Assembly (NCBI GenBank): GCA_964016885.1 | Contig: OZ024747.1 | Location: 38,192,001-38,256,000 of the forward strand | DNA length: 64,000 nucleotides | Reading direction: 5' to 3' | Origin: Eledone cirrhosa | Lineage: Eukaryota | The notes under the pieces: generated by a model | What the model was told of the DNA's origin: nothing | Databases searched by the model: none | Seen by the model: only the letters and a program-made list of their open reading frames with translations | Program-made: the position numbers and the translations under genes | In this document: positions 15,001-27,648 of the stretch, piece by piece | Position numbering within the stretch: the first letter of the stretch is position 1 | Layout of the letters: the number at the start of each line of letters is the position of its first letter

Positions 15001-18000
15001 AATATGTAATGGGAATATAGGATAGTAAAATACAGTACTGGGGAGATAGGATAGTAAAATATGTAATAGGGAGATAGGATAGTAAAATATGTAATGGTGA
15101 GATGGGATAGTAAAGTATGTTATGGGGAGATTGGGTGGTAAAATATGTAATGAGGAGATAGGGTGGTAAAATATGTAATGGGGAGATAGGATAGTGAAAT
15201 ATGTAATGGGGAGATAGGATAGTAAAATATGTAATGGGGAGGTATGAGAGTAAAATATCTAATGGGGAGATAGGATTGTAAAATATGTAATGGGTTGATA
15301 GGGTGGTAAACTATAGTACTCTAGATATAGTATTGTAAAATATAGTACTCTAGAGATAGGATTGTAGGATTGTAAAATATGTAATGGGGACATAGGGTGG
15401 TAAAATATGTTATGGGGAGATAGGGTGGTAAAATATGTAATAGGGAGATAGGGTGGTAAAATATGTAATGGGGAGATAAGGTGGTAAAATATGTCATGGG
15501 GAGATAGGGTAATAAAATATGTAATGGGAGATAGAGTAGTAAAATATGGTAATAGGGAGATAGGATATTTAATTATGGTAATGGGGAGATAGGATTTTAA
15601 AATACGGTACTGGGGAGATAGGATAGTAAAATATGTAATGAGGGGATAGTATAGTAAAATATGGTAATGGGGAATTATAATAGTAAAATATGGTAATGGG
15701 GAGATAAGATAGTAAAATATGTTATGGGAGATAGGGTTATAAAATATGCAATAGGGTGATAGGATAGTAAAATATGTAATCTGGAGATAGGGTGGTAAAA
15801 TATGTAATGGGGAGATAGGCTGGTAAAATATATAATGGGGAGTTAGGATGTAAAATATGTTATGGGGAGATAGGAGATTAAAATATGTAATGGGGAGATA
15901 GGATAGTAAAATATGTAATGGGGAGATAGGGTGGTAAAATATGTAATGGGGAGATAGGGTAGTAAAATATGGTAATGCGGAGTTAGGATAGTAAAATATG
16001 TTATGGGGAGAAAGGTTATTAAAATATGTAATGGGGAAATAGGATAGTAAAATATGGTAATGGTGAGACAGTATAGTAAAATATGGTAATGGGGAGATAG
16101 GATAGTAAAATATGTAATGGTGAGATAGGGTGATAATATATGTAATGGGAGATAGAGTAGTAAAATGTGGTAATAGGGAAATAGGATATTTGAATATGGT
16201 AATGGGGAGATAGGGATTTAACATATGGTACTGGGGAGATAGGGTGGTAAAATATGTAATTGGGTGATATGGTGGTAAAATATGTAATGGGGAGATAGGG
16301 TGGTAATATATGTAATGGGGAGATAGGATAGTAAAATATGTTAATAGGGATATAGGGTGGTAAAATATGTAATGTGGAGATAGGCTGGTAAAATATGTAA
16401 TCGGGAGATAGGGTGGTAAAATATGTAATGGGGAGATAGGATAGTAAAATATGTTAATGGGGATATAGGGTGGTAAAATATGTAATGTGGAGATAGACTG
16501 GTAAAATATGTAATCGGGAGTTAGGGTGGTAAAATATGTAATGGGGAGATAGGAGAGTAAAATATCTAATGGGGAGATAGGATATTAAATATGAAATGGG
16601 GAGGTAGGATAGTAAAATATGTAATGGGGAGATAGGATAGTAAAGTATGTAATGGGGAGATAGGGTGATAAAATATAGTACTGGGGATATAGGATAATAA
16701 AATATAGTACTGGGGAGATAGGATAGTAAAATATGTTATGGGGAGATAGGGTGGTAAAATATGTAATGGGGAGATAGGATAGTAATATATGCAATAGGGA
16801 GATAGGATAGTAAAATATGTAATCGGGAGATAGGGTGGTAAAATATGTAATGTGGAGATAGGCTGGTAAAATATGTAATCGGGAGTTAGGATAGTAACAT
16901 ACGTAATGGGGAGATAGGGTGGTAAAATATGTAATGGGGAGATAGGGTGGTAAAATATGTAATGGGGAGATAGGAGAGTAAAATATCTAATGGGGAGATA
17001 GGATAGTAAAATATGTAATGGGTTGATAGGGTGGTAAAATATAGTACTCTAGAGATAGGATTGTAAAATATGTAATGGGGAGATAGTACAGTAAAACATG
17101 GTAATGGTGAGATAGGATAGTAAAATATGTAATGGGGAGATAGGGTGGTAAAATATGTAATAGGGAGATAGGGTGGTAAAATATGTAATGGGCAGATAAG
17201 GTGGTAAAATATGTCATGGGCAGATAGGGTGATAAAATATGTAATGGGAGATAGAGTAGTAAAATATAGTAATAGGGAGATAGGATATTTAAATATGGTA
17301 ATGGGGAGATAAGATAGTAAAATATGTTATGGGGAGATAGGGTGGTAAAATATGTAATGGGGAGATAGGATAGTAAAATATGCGATAGGGAGATAGGATA
17401 ATAAAATATGTAATCGGGAGATAGGGTGGTAAAATATGTAATGGGGAGATAGGCTGGTAAAATATGTAATGGGGAGTTAGGATGTAAAATATGTAATGGG
17501 GAGATAGGAGATTAAAATATGTAATGGGGAGATAGGATAGTAAAATATGTAATGGGGATATAGGGTGGTAAAATATGTAATGGGGAGATAGGGTAGTAAA
17601 ATATGGTAATGCGGAGTTAGGATATTAAAATATGTTATGGGGAGAAAGGTTATTAAAATATGTAATGGGGAAATAGGATAGTAATATATGGTAATGGTGA
17701 GACAGCATAGTAACATATGGTAATGGGGAGATAGGATAGTAAAATATGTAATGGTGAGATAGGGTGATAATATATGTAATGGGAGATAGAGTAGTAAAAT
17801 GTGGTAATAGGGATATAGGATATTTAAATATGGTAATGGGGAGATAGGGTTTTAAAATATGGTACTCGGGAGATAGGATAGTATAATATGTAATGAGGAG
17901 ATCGTATAGTAACATATGTAATGGGGAGATAGGATGGTAAAATATGTAATGGGGAGATAGGGTGATAAAATATGTAATGGGGAGATAGGATAGTAAAATA

Positions 18001-21000
18001 TGTAATGCGGAGATAGGATAGTAACATATGTAATGGGGAGATAGGGTGGTAAAATATGTAATTGTGTGATATGGTGGTAAAATATGTAATGGGGAGATAG
18101 GGTGATAAAATATGTAATGGGGAGATAGGATAGTAAAATATGTAATGCGGAGATAGGATAGTAAAATATGTAATGGGGTGATATGGTGGTAAAATATAGT
18201 ACTGGGGAGATAGGATTGTAAAATATGTAATGGGGAGATAGTACAGTAAAATATGGTAATGGGGAGATAGGATAGTAAAATATGTAATGGGGAGATAGGG
18301 TGGTAAAATTTGTGAATGGGGAGATAGGGTGGTAAAATATGTAATCGTGAGATAGGATAGTAAAATATGGTAATTGTGCGATAGGGTGTTAAAATATGCA
18401 ATGGGATGATCGGATGGTAAAATATGTAATGGGATGATCGGGTCGTAAAATATGTAATGGGGAGATAGGGTTGCAAATTATGTAATGGGGAGATAGGATA
18501 GTAAAATACGTAATTGGGAGATATGGTGGTAAAATATGGTAATGTGGAGATAGGATAGTAAAATATGTAATGGGGCGATAGGATAGTAAACTATGTAATG
18601 GGAAGATAGGATATTAAAATATGTAATGGGAAGATAGGATATTAAAATATTTAATGGGGAAATAGGATAGTAAAATATGTAATGGGGAGATAGAATAGTA
18701 AAATATGTAATGGGGAGATAGGATAGTAAAATAGGTAATGGGGAGATAGGGTGGTAAAATATGTAATGGGGAGATAGGAGAGTAAAATATCTAATGGGGA
18801 GATAGGATAGTAAAACATGAAATGGGGAGGTAGGATAGTAAAATATGTAATGGGGAGATGGATAGTAAAGTATGTAATGGGGAGATAGGGTGATAAAATA
18901 TAGTACTGGGAATATAGGATAGTAAAATACAGTACTGGGGAGATAGGATAGTAAAATATGTAATGGGGAGATAGGATAGTAAAATATGTAATGGTGAGAT
19001 GGGATAGTAAAGTATGTTATGGGGAGATTGGGTGGTAACATATGTAATGAGGAGATAGGGTGGTAAAATATGTAATGGGGAGATAGGATAGTGAAATATG
19101 TAATGGGGAGATAGGATAGTAAAATATGTAATGGGGAGGTAGGAGAGTAAAATATCTAATGGGGAGATAGGATTATAAAATATGTAATGGGTTGATAGGG
19201 TGGTAAACTATAGTACTCTAGAGATAGTATTGTAAAATATAGTACTCTAGAGATAGGATTGTAAAATATGTAATGGGGAGATAGTACAGTAAAATATGCT
19301 AATGGTGAGATAGGATAGTAAAATATGTAATGGGGAGATAGGGTGGTAAAATATGTTATGGGGAGATAGGGTGGTAAAATATGTAATAGGGAGATAGGGT
19401 GGTAAAATATGTAATGGGGAGATAGGATAGTAAAATATGTTAATGGGGATATAGGGTGGTAAAATATGTAATGTGGAGATAGACTGGTAAAATATGTAAT
19501 CGGGAGTTAGGGTGGTAAAATATGTAATGGGGAGATAGGAGAGTAAAATATCTAATGGGGAGATAGGATATTAAATATGAAATGGGGAGGTAGGATAGTA
19601 AAATATGTAATGGGGAGATAGGATAGTAAAGTATGTAATGGGGAGATAGGGTGATAAAATATAGTACTGGGGATATAGGATAGTAAAATATAGTACTGGG
19701 GAGATAGGATAGTAAAATATGTTATGGGGAGATAGGGTGGTAAAATATGTAATGGGGAGATAGGATAGTAATATATGCAATAGGGAGATAGGATAGTAAA
19801 ATATGTAATCGGGAGATAGGGTGGTAAAATATGTAATGTGGAGATAGGCTGGTAAAATATGTAATCGGGAGTTAGGATAGTAAAATACGTAATGGGGAGA
19901 TAGGGTGGTAAAATATGTAATGGGGAGATAGGGTGGTAAAATATGTAATGGGGAGATAGGAGAGTAAAATATCTAATGGGGAGATAGGATAGTAAAATAT
20001 GTAATGGGTTGATAGGGTGGTAAAATATAGTACTCTAGAGATAGGATTGTAAAATATGTAATGGGGAGATAGTACAGTAAAACATGGTAATGGTGAGATA
20101 GGATAGTAAAATATGTAATGGGGAGATAGGGTGGTAAAATATGTAATAGGGAGATAGGGTGGTAAAATATGTAATGGGCAGATAAGGTGGTAAAATATGT
20201 CATGGGCAGATAGGGTGATAAAATATGTAATGGGAGATAGAGTAGTAAAATATAGTAATAGGGAGATAGGATATTTAAATATGGTAATGGGGAGATAAGA
20301 TAGTAAAATATGTTATGGGGAGATAGGGTGGTAAAATATGTAATGGGGAGATAGGATAGTAAAATATGCGATAGGGAGATAGGATAATAAAATATGTAAT
20401 CGGGAGATAGGGTGGTAAAATATGTAATGGGGAGATAGGCTGGTAAAATATGTAATGGGGAGTTAGGATGTAAAATATGTAATGGGGAGATAGGAGATTA
20501 AAATATGTAATGGGGAGATAGGATAGTAAAACATGAAATGGGGAGGTAGGATAGTAAAATATGTAATGGGGAGATGGATAGTAAAGTATGTAATGGGGAG
20601 ATAGGGTGATAAAATATAGTACTGGGAATATAGGATAGTAAAATACAGTACTGGGGAGATAGGATAGTAAAATATGTAATGGGGAGATAGGATAGTAAAA
20701 TATGTAATGGTGAGATGGGATAGTAAAGTATGTTATGGGGAGATTGGGTGGTAACATATGTAATGAGGAGATAGGGTGGTAAAATATGTAATGGGGAGAT
20801 ATGATAGTGAAATATGTAATGGGGAGATAGGATAGTAAAATATATAATGGGGAGGTAGGAGAGTAAAATATCTAATGGGGAGATAGGATTATAAAATATG
20901 TAATGGGTTGATAGGGTGGTAAACTATAGTACTCTAGAGATAGTATTGTAAAATATAGTACTCTAGAGATAGGATTGTAAAATATGTAATGGGGAGATAG

Positions 21001-24000
21001 TACAGTAAAATATGCTAATGGTGAGATAGGATAGTAAAATATGTAATGGGGAGATAGGGTGGTAAAATATGTTATGGGGAGATAGGGTGGTAAAATATGT
21101 AATACGGAGATAGGGTGGTAAAATATGTAATGGGGAGATAGGATAGTAAAATATGTTAATGGGGATATAGGGTGGTAAAATATGTAATGTGGAGATAGAC
21201 TGGTAAAATATGTAATCGGGAGTTAGGGTGGTAAAATATGTAATGGGGAGATAGGAGAGTAAAATATCTAATGGGGAGATAGGATATTAAATATGAAATG
21301 GGGAGGTAGGATAGTAAAATATGTAATGGGGAGATAGGATAGTAAAGTATGTAATGGGGAGATAGGGTGATAAAATATAGTACTGGGGATATAGGATAGT
21401 AAAATATAGTACTGGGGAGATAGGATAGTAAAATATGTTATGGGGAGATAGGGTGGTAAAATATGTAATTGGGAGATAGGATAGTAATATATGCAATAGG
21501 GAGATAGGATAGTAAAATATGTAATCGGGAGATAGGGTGGTAAAATATGTAATGTGGAGATAGGCTGGTAAAATATGTAATCGGGAGTTAGGATAGTAAC
21601 ATACGTAATGGGGAGATAGGGTGGTAAAATATGTAATGGGGAGATAGGGTGGTAAAATATGTAATGGGGAGATAGGAGAGTAAAATATCTAATGGGGAGA
21701 TAGGATAGTAAAATATGTAATGGGTTGATAGGGTGGTAAAATATAGTACTCTAGAGATAGGATTGTAAAATATGTAATGGGGAGATAGTACAGTAAAACA
21801 TGGTAATGGTGAGATAGGATAGTAAAATATGTAATGGGGAGATAGGGTGGTAAAATATATAATAGGGAGATAGGGTGGTAAAATATGTAATGGGCAGATG
21901 AGGTGGTAAAATATGTCATGGGCAGATAGGGTGATAAAACATGTAATGGGAGATAGAGTAGTAAAATATAGTAATAGGGAGATAGGATATTTAAATATGG
22001 TAATGGGGAGATAAGATAGTAACATATGTTATGGGGTGATAGGGTGGTAAAATATGTAATGGGGAGATAGGATAGTAAAATATGCGATAGGGAGATAGGA
22101 TAATAAAATATGTAATCGGGAGATAGGGTGGTAAAATATGTAATGGGGAGATAGGCTGGTAAAATATGTAATGGGGAGTTAGGATGTAAAATATGTAATG
22201 GGGAGATAGGAGATTAAAATATGTAATGGGGAGATAGTATAGTAAAATATGTAATGGGTATATAGGGTGGTAAAATATGTAATGGGGAGATAGGGTAGTA
22301 AAATATGGTAATGCGGAGTTAGGATATTAAAATATGTTATGGGGAGAAAGGTTATTAAAATATGTAATGGGGAAATAGGATAGTAATATATGGTAATGGT
22401 GAGACAGCATAGTAAAATATGGTAATGGGGAGATAGGATAGTAAAATATGTAATGGTGAGATAGGGTGATAATATATGTAATGGGAGATAGAGTAGTAAA
22501 ATGTGGTAATAGGGAGATAGGATATTTAAATATGGTAATGGGGAGATAGGGTTTTAAAATATGGTACTGGGGAGATAGGATAGTAAAATATGTAATGAGG
22601 AGATCGTATAGTAACATATGTAATGGGGAGATAGGATGGTAAAATATGTAATGGGGAGATAGGGTGATAAAATATGTAATGGGGAGATAGGATAGTAAAA
22701 TATGTAATGCGGAGATAGGATAGTAACATATGTAATCGGGAGATAGGGTGGTAAAATATGTAATTGTGTGATATGGTGGTAAAATATGTAATGGGGAGAT
22801 AGGGTTATAAAATATGTAATGGGGAGATAGGATAGTAAAATATGTAATGCGGAGATAGGATAGTAAAATATGTAATAGGGTGATATGGTGGTAAAATATA
22901 GTACTGGGGAGATAGGATTGTAAAATATGTAATGGGGAGATAGTACAGTAAAATATGGTAATGGGGAGATAGGATAGTAAAATATGTAATGGGGAGATAG
23001 GGTGGTAAAATTTGTGAATGGGGAGATAGGGTGGTAAAATATGTAATCGTGAGATAGGATAGTAAAATATGGTAATGTGGAGATAGGGTTTTAAAATGTG
23101 GTACTGGGGAGATAGGATAGTAAAATATGGCAATTGTGCGATAGGGTGTTAAAATATGTAATGTGATGATCGGATGGTAAAATATGTAATGGGATGATCG
23201 GGTCGTAAAATATGTAATGGGGAGATAGGGTTGCAAATTATGTAATGGGGAGATAGGATAGTAAAATACGTAATTGGGAGATATGGTTGTAAAATATGGT
23301 AATGTGGAGATAGGATAGTAAAATATGTAATGGGGCGATAGGATAGTAAACTATGTAATGGGAAGATAGGATATTAAAATATGTAATGGGAAGATAGGAT
23401 ATTAAAATATGTAATGGGGAAATAGGATAGTAAAATATGTAATGGGGAGATAGAATAGTAAAATATGTAATGGGGAGATAGGATAGTAAAATAGGTAATG
23501 GGGAGATAGGGTGGTAAAATATGTAATGGGGAGATAGGAGAGTAAAATATCTAATGGGGAGATAGGATAGTAAAACATGAAATGGGGAGGTAGGATAGTA
23601 AAATATGTAATGGGGAGATGGATAGTAAAGTATGTAATGGGGAGATAGGGTGATAAAATATAGTACTGGGAATATAGGATAGTAAAATACAGTACTGGGG
23701 AGATAGGATAGTAAAATATCTAATGGGGATATAGGATAGTAAAATATGTAATGGTGAGATGGGATAGTAAAGTATGTTATGGGGAGATTGGGTGGTAACA
23801 TATGTAATGAGGAGATAGGATAGTGAAATATGTAATGGGGAGATAGGATAGTAAAATATGTAATGGGGAGGTAGGAGAGTAAAATATCTAATGGGGAGAT
23901 AGGATTATAAAATATGTAATGGGTTGATAGGGTGGTAAACTATAGTACTCTAGAGATAGTATTGTAAAATATAGTACTCTAGAGATAGGATTGTAAAATA

Positions 24001-25044
24001 TGTAATGGGGAGATAGTACAGTAAAATATGCTAATGGTGAGATAGGATAGTAAAATATGTAATGGGGAGATAGGGTGGTAAAATATGTTATGGGGAGATA
24101 GGGTGGTAAAATATGTAATAGGGAGATTGGGTGGTAAAATATGTAATGGGGAGATAAGGTGGTAAAACATGTCATGGGGAGATAGGGTAATAAAATATGT
24201 AATGGGAGATAGAGTAGTAAAATATGGTAATAGGGAGATAGGATATTTAAATATGGTAATGGGGAGATAGGATTTTAAAATACGGTACTGGGGAGATAGG
24301 ATATTAAAATATGTAATGAGGAGATAGTATAGTAAAATATGGTAATGGGGAATTATAATAGTAAAATATGGTAATGGGGAGATAAGATAGTAAAATATGT
24401 TATGGGAGATAGGGTTGTAAAATATGCAATAGGGAGATAGGATAGTAAAATATGTAATCGGGAGATAGGGTGGTAAAATATGTAATGGGGAGATAGGCTG
24501 GTAAAATATGTAATGGGGAGTTAGGATGTAAAATATGTAATGGGGAGATAGGATAGTAAAATATGTAATGGGGAGATAGGATAGTAAAATATGTAATGGG
24601 GAGATAGGGTGGTAAAATATGTAATGGGGAGATAGGGTAGTAAAATATGGTAACGCGGAGTTAGGATAGTAAAATATGTTATGGGGAGAAAGGTTATTAA
24701 AATATGTAATGGGGAAATAGGATAGTAAAATATGGTAATGGTGAGACAGCATAGTAAAATATGGTAATGGAGAGATAGGCTAGTAAAATATGTAATTGGG
24801 AGATAGGATTATAAAATATGTAATGTGGAGATAGGGTGGTAAAATAGGTAATGGAGAGATAGGATAGTAAAATATAGTAATGGAGAGATAGGATATTAAA
24901 ATATGGTAATTGGGAGATAGGATAGTAAAATATGTAATGGGGAGATAGGGTGGTAAAATATGTAAACGGGAGATAGGGTGGTAAAAGATGTAATGGGGAG
25001 ATAGGATAATTAAATATGGTAATCGGGAGATAGGATATTAAAAT
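1..25044. repeat. Satellite array, 28-bp monomer (~890 units) with higher-order structure
   Basis: Continuous tandem AAAATATGTAATGGGGAGATAGGATAGT and AAAATATGTAATGGGGAGATAGGGTGGT, with 29-bp TATGGTAAT variants. It runs off the left edge and ends abruptly at ~25044 (...ggatattaaaat|agacgatgcg). Confidence 0.98.
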
Positions 25045-25421
25045 AGACGATGCGTGGACACACGGAACTTATACAAAAATAATTCACTGGATGGAAAAAA
25101 GCAAGCGTGGAATAAATTTTAAGACATTGAAAAAATCACTGCCTACTCGGTGGCAACTCGGTGGAAAATTCAAAAGAATCAATCACGTGACATCGAGGTT
25201 GATCAGTGAGGAGTGGGGTGTTAAAAATACAGTAGCCCAGCTATTACTATGGACTATATTAGCAGTTTTGGCAAATTTTTGCTCAACAAAATAATTTGGA
25301 GATAATTATAAGGAATTAGTATATCTACCAACATATATTTACAGATGCATACCTATGCTAGAAAATATATAGGTTTTGTCTTAGTAACTTTGTGGTTAAT
25401 TGCAAGGGGATGCAGAACAAT

Positions 25422-25729
25422 TATATGAAAGACGTAAAACAAGAAAATTATAAAAATTTTACTAAGATTTCACTCCAACTAAGTAGTTTCTGAAAGGGAA
25501 TAAACATGAGAACGACTTCCTGAGGACGAAATGGCTTCTCCATGCTTTCCATTTCACTCCTACTAATTAGTTTCTGAAAGGGAATAAACATGAGAACGAC
25601 TTCCGGATGACGAAATGTCTTCTCCATTTTTTCTATTTGGAAACCATGTTTATTCCCTTTCAGAAACTAATTAGTTGGAGTGAAATTTTAGTAAGTATGT
25701 TAATTTTCATAATTTTCTTATTTTACGTC

Positions 25730-25738
<9 letters not shown>
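25422..25738. mobile_element. MITE-like element with ~85-bp imperfect terminal inverted repeats and an internal 84-bp direct duplication
   Basis: Left arm tatatgaaagacgtaaaacaagaaaatta...atttcactccaactaagtagtttctgaaagggaataaacatg (25422-25508) is the near reverse complement of catgtttattccctttcagaaactaattagttggagtgaaat...ttttacgtctttaatata (25646-25738). TA ends; the right end runs into (TA)n. Confidence 0.7.

Positions 25739-25774
<36 letters not shown>
25734..25774. repeat. (TA)n microsatellite
   Basis: Direct reading. Confidence 0.95.
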
Positions 25775-25777
<3 letters not shown>

Positions 25778-26439
25778 GTTGACGGACCCAGCATATGCCA
25801 GTACCGGTTGTAACTCAGTACACTCAATGGGCAATGTAAGATACATTACCAGAGTATACACATAGTTATTTGCCTCAACACAACACAAGTAAATCGGGTG
25901 CCTATAAGGTACTCGGAATCGAGTTTCTGCCGCACTAATGCAGCAGTAAGGTGCACTACACCATCTGTCTGCATATATCATGCAACAATGCACAATCGGC
26001 TTATGCGGCTTCATCAGCGGGTATCGGCTAATCAATAACCAATCGATCGACAGAATCCAAACACCGGCCCATGCCGGTCATGACTGTTTGTGACAACCGA
26101 CATGGTAAAGCGATTAGCAACTGGCAACCGGTAGGACTCTATTTCTCAATTAGCCACTGATTTATAAATTTTAGGTGGGACGGGAAGCTAAAAAGAATCA
26201 ATCTATTAGTTCCTGTCAGAAGCATTCAGCCAACGTGTCTCACACAGAAATTATCAAGGGGTGAAAAGATGGCTATTAGAAATAGCAGTTCACATTGATA
26301 TATATATATATATATATATACAAATGCACTTATTGTATACTGTATAATATACAGGATGTTTCTGATAAATCTTCGATGGCTTTTCGCTATGAAATTTGCA
26401 TGTATTAATTTCAACTATTCTTATCGATAACAACATAGT

Positions 26440-26534
26440 GTCTTTCCAGGGACTATGTTGAAAAATAAACCTCATATGGTCATTCCCTGAGAGTATCTTG
26501 GTCAACCTATGAACTTTTTCAGCCGACCTTTTAT

Positions 26535-26535
<1 letters not shown>
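26440..26535. mobile_element. Tc1/mariner-like terminal fragment
   Basis: actatgttgaaaaataaacctcat...gagtatcttggtcaacctatgaactttttcagccgaccttttata resembles a mariner-type end (aacttttcagcc.accct..ta) with a terminal TA. Recognised from memory only. Confidence 0.4.

Positions 26536-26536
<1 letters not shown>

Positions 26537-26627
<91 letters not shown>
26537..26627. repeat. (CA)n microsatellite
   Basis: Direct reading. Confidence 0.97.
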
Positions 26628-26629
<2 letters not shown>

Positions 26630-27092
26630 ATAGAAAGTGGTGGAAGAAGAAAAGAGATATAGGGAAAGAGAACATTCTTGCCACCATATGTTTCAGTGCG
26701 TGTCTGTGTGGTTTATACACTGGCAATACTTATTAGCTAAATATAAGATTGATGCTTGCCCCAGTCGCGTTAATTTGTAAAACGATGCACTGATAATTTT
26801 TACAAATACAACTAAATAATAAATGATTCCTAGATGTTGGAATATATGAAGATATATGGCATCAATGTTTTTTTACTCCATCTTTATATGTAATATACAT
26901 CGTTCTATATATATAGAGGGAACCATGTTTACTGGAGTGAAGTACTAACCACATCAATTAGTGAAATCAAGATTCACGCATCCCCCACGGAATTGGGGTC
27001 GTAAATCAACAAAAAGGTAACCCACCAAGTATGTTGTGTTGATCTGTACCAAACGATAGTCTGTGGTAGCCAGAATCCAGTAGATAGTTGAA

Positions 27093-27438
27093 GCAATAAA
27101 CGGAACTTTGAGGGAGGGTGAGGTATATATTTTTTGACAGCCACATTCAAGACAACAGCCACAACAACAACAGCAGCAACAACAACAACGACAGCAAACA
27201 ACGACCAACGTCACCTACACTGGCTGTTGTAGTCGCAGTGATAGTAATACTCACCTTACAACAACAACGTTAACAACAAATGACGAAGACAATAACAACA
27301 GCAATGAACGGAACTCTGAGGTAGGGTGATATACACACTTAATGGCAGCCATCCTCAAGACAACAGCGACAACAACAACGGCAACAACAACACCACCACC
27401 CCCATCGCTCTCACTGGTTATCGCAGTAGTAGTGATAT
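27093..27438. repeat. Diverged direct repeat, period ~208 bp, AAC-rich
   Basis: gcaataaacggaactttgagggagggtga...cagccacattcaagacaacagc (27093) versus gcaatgaacggaactctgaggtagggtga...cagccatcctcaagacaacagc (27301). Confidence 0.7.
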
Positions 27439-27648
27439 TAGTACCTAGTTAATGGCAGCGAGTACGTCCCAACCCGAGAACTAGGCAGCGACAACACTAC
27501 CAACAACAACACCAGTAATGAACACATCATGGCGATGACAGCAACAAAAAGGCCGGTGGTGCCGGTCGCGGTAAACAAATTCTTACATTAATAACAATAG
27601 TAACATAATAATCATAGCAATCATTGTTACCACCCTATGGCACAAGGC

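Noticed and set aside
396-24752. Dozens of Y/H/P/I/L-rich ORFs on the - strand (up to 321 aa)
   Set aside because: These are translations of the satellite. The G-free strand consensus has no stop in any frame, and the 28-bp period cycles through three peptide phases. There is no evidence of a real gene.
1-25044. CRISPR array or telomeric repeat
   Set aside because: The units are contiguous with no unique spacers and no cas genes, in a eukaryotic context. There is no TTAGGG array, only sporadic gttaggg variants.
25515-25620. Hammerhead-like ctgaggacgaaa / cggatgacgaaa
   Set aside because: There is no stem II between CUGANGA and GAAA, and no convincing stems I or III.
25990-26022. - strand ctgatgaagccgcataagccgatt, a Penelope-type hammerhead look-alike (similar at ~60495-60515)
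   Set aside because: The GAAA core is missing and the flanking helices are not supported.
26290-26736. ORFs such as MCVCVCV..., THTHTH..., and similar YIYIYI/IIIIII ORFs elsewhere
   Set aside because: Microsatellite translations.
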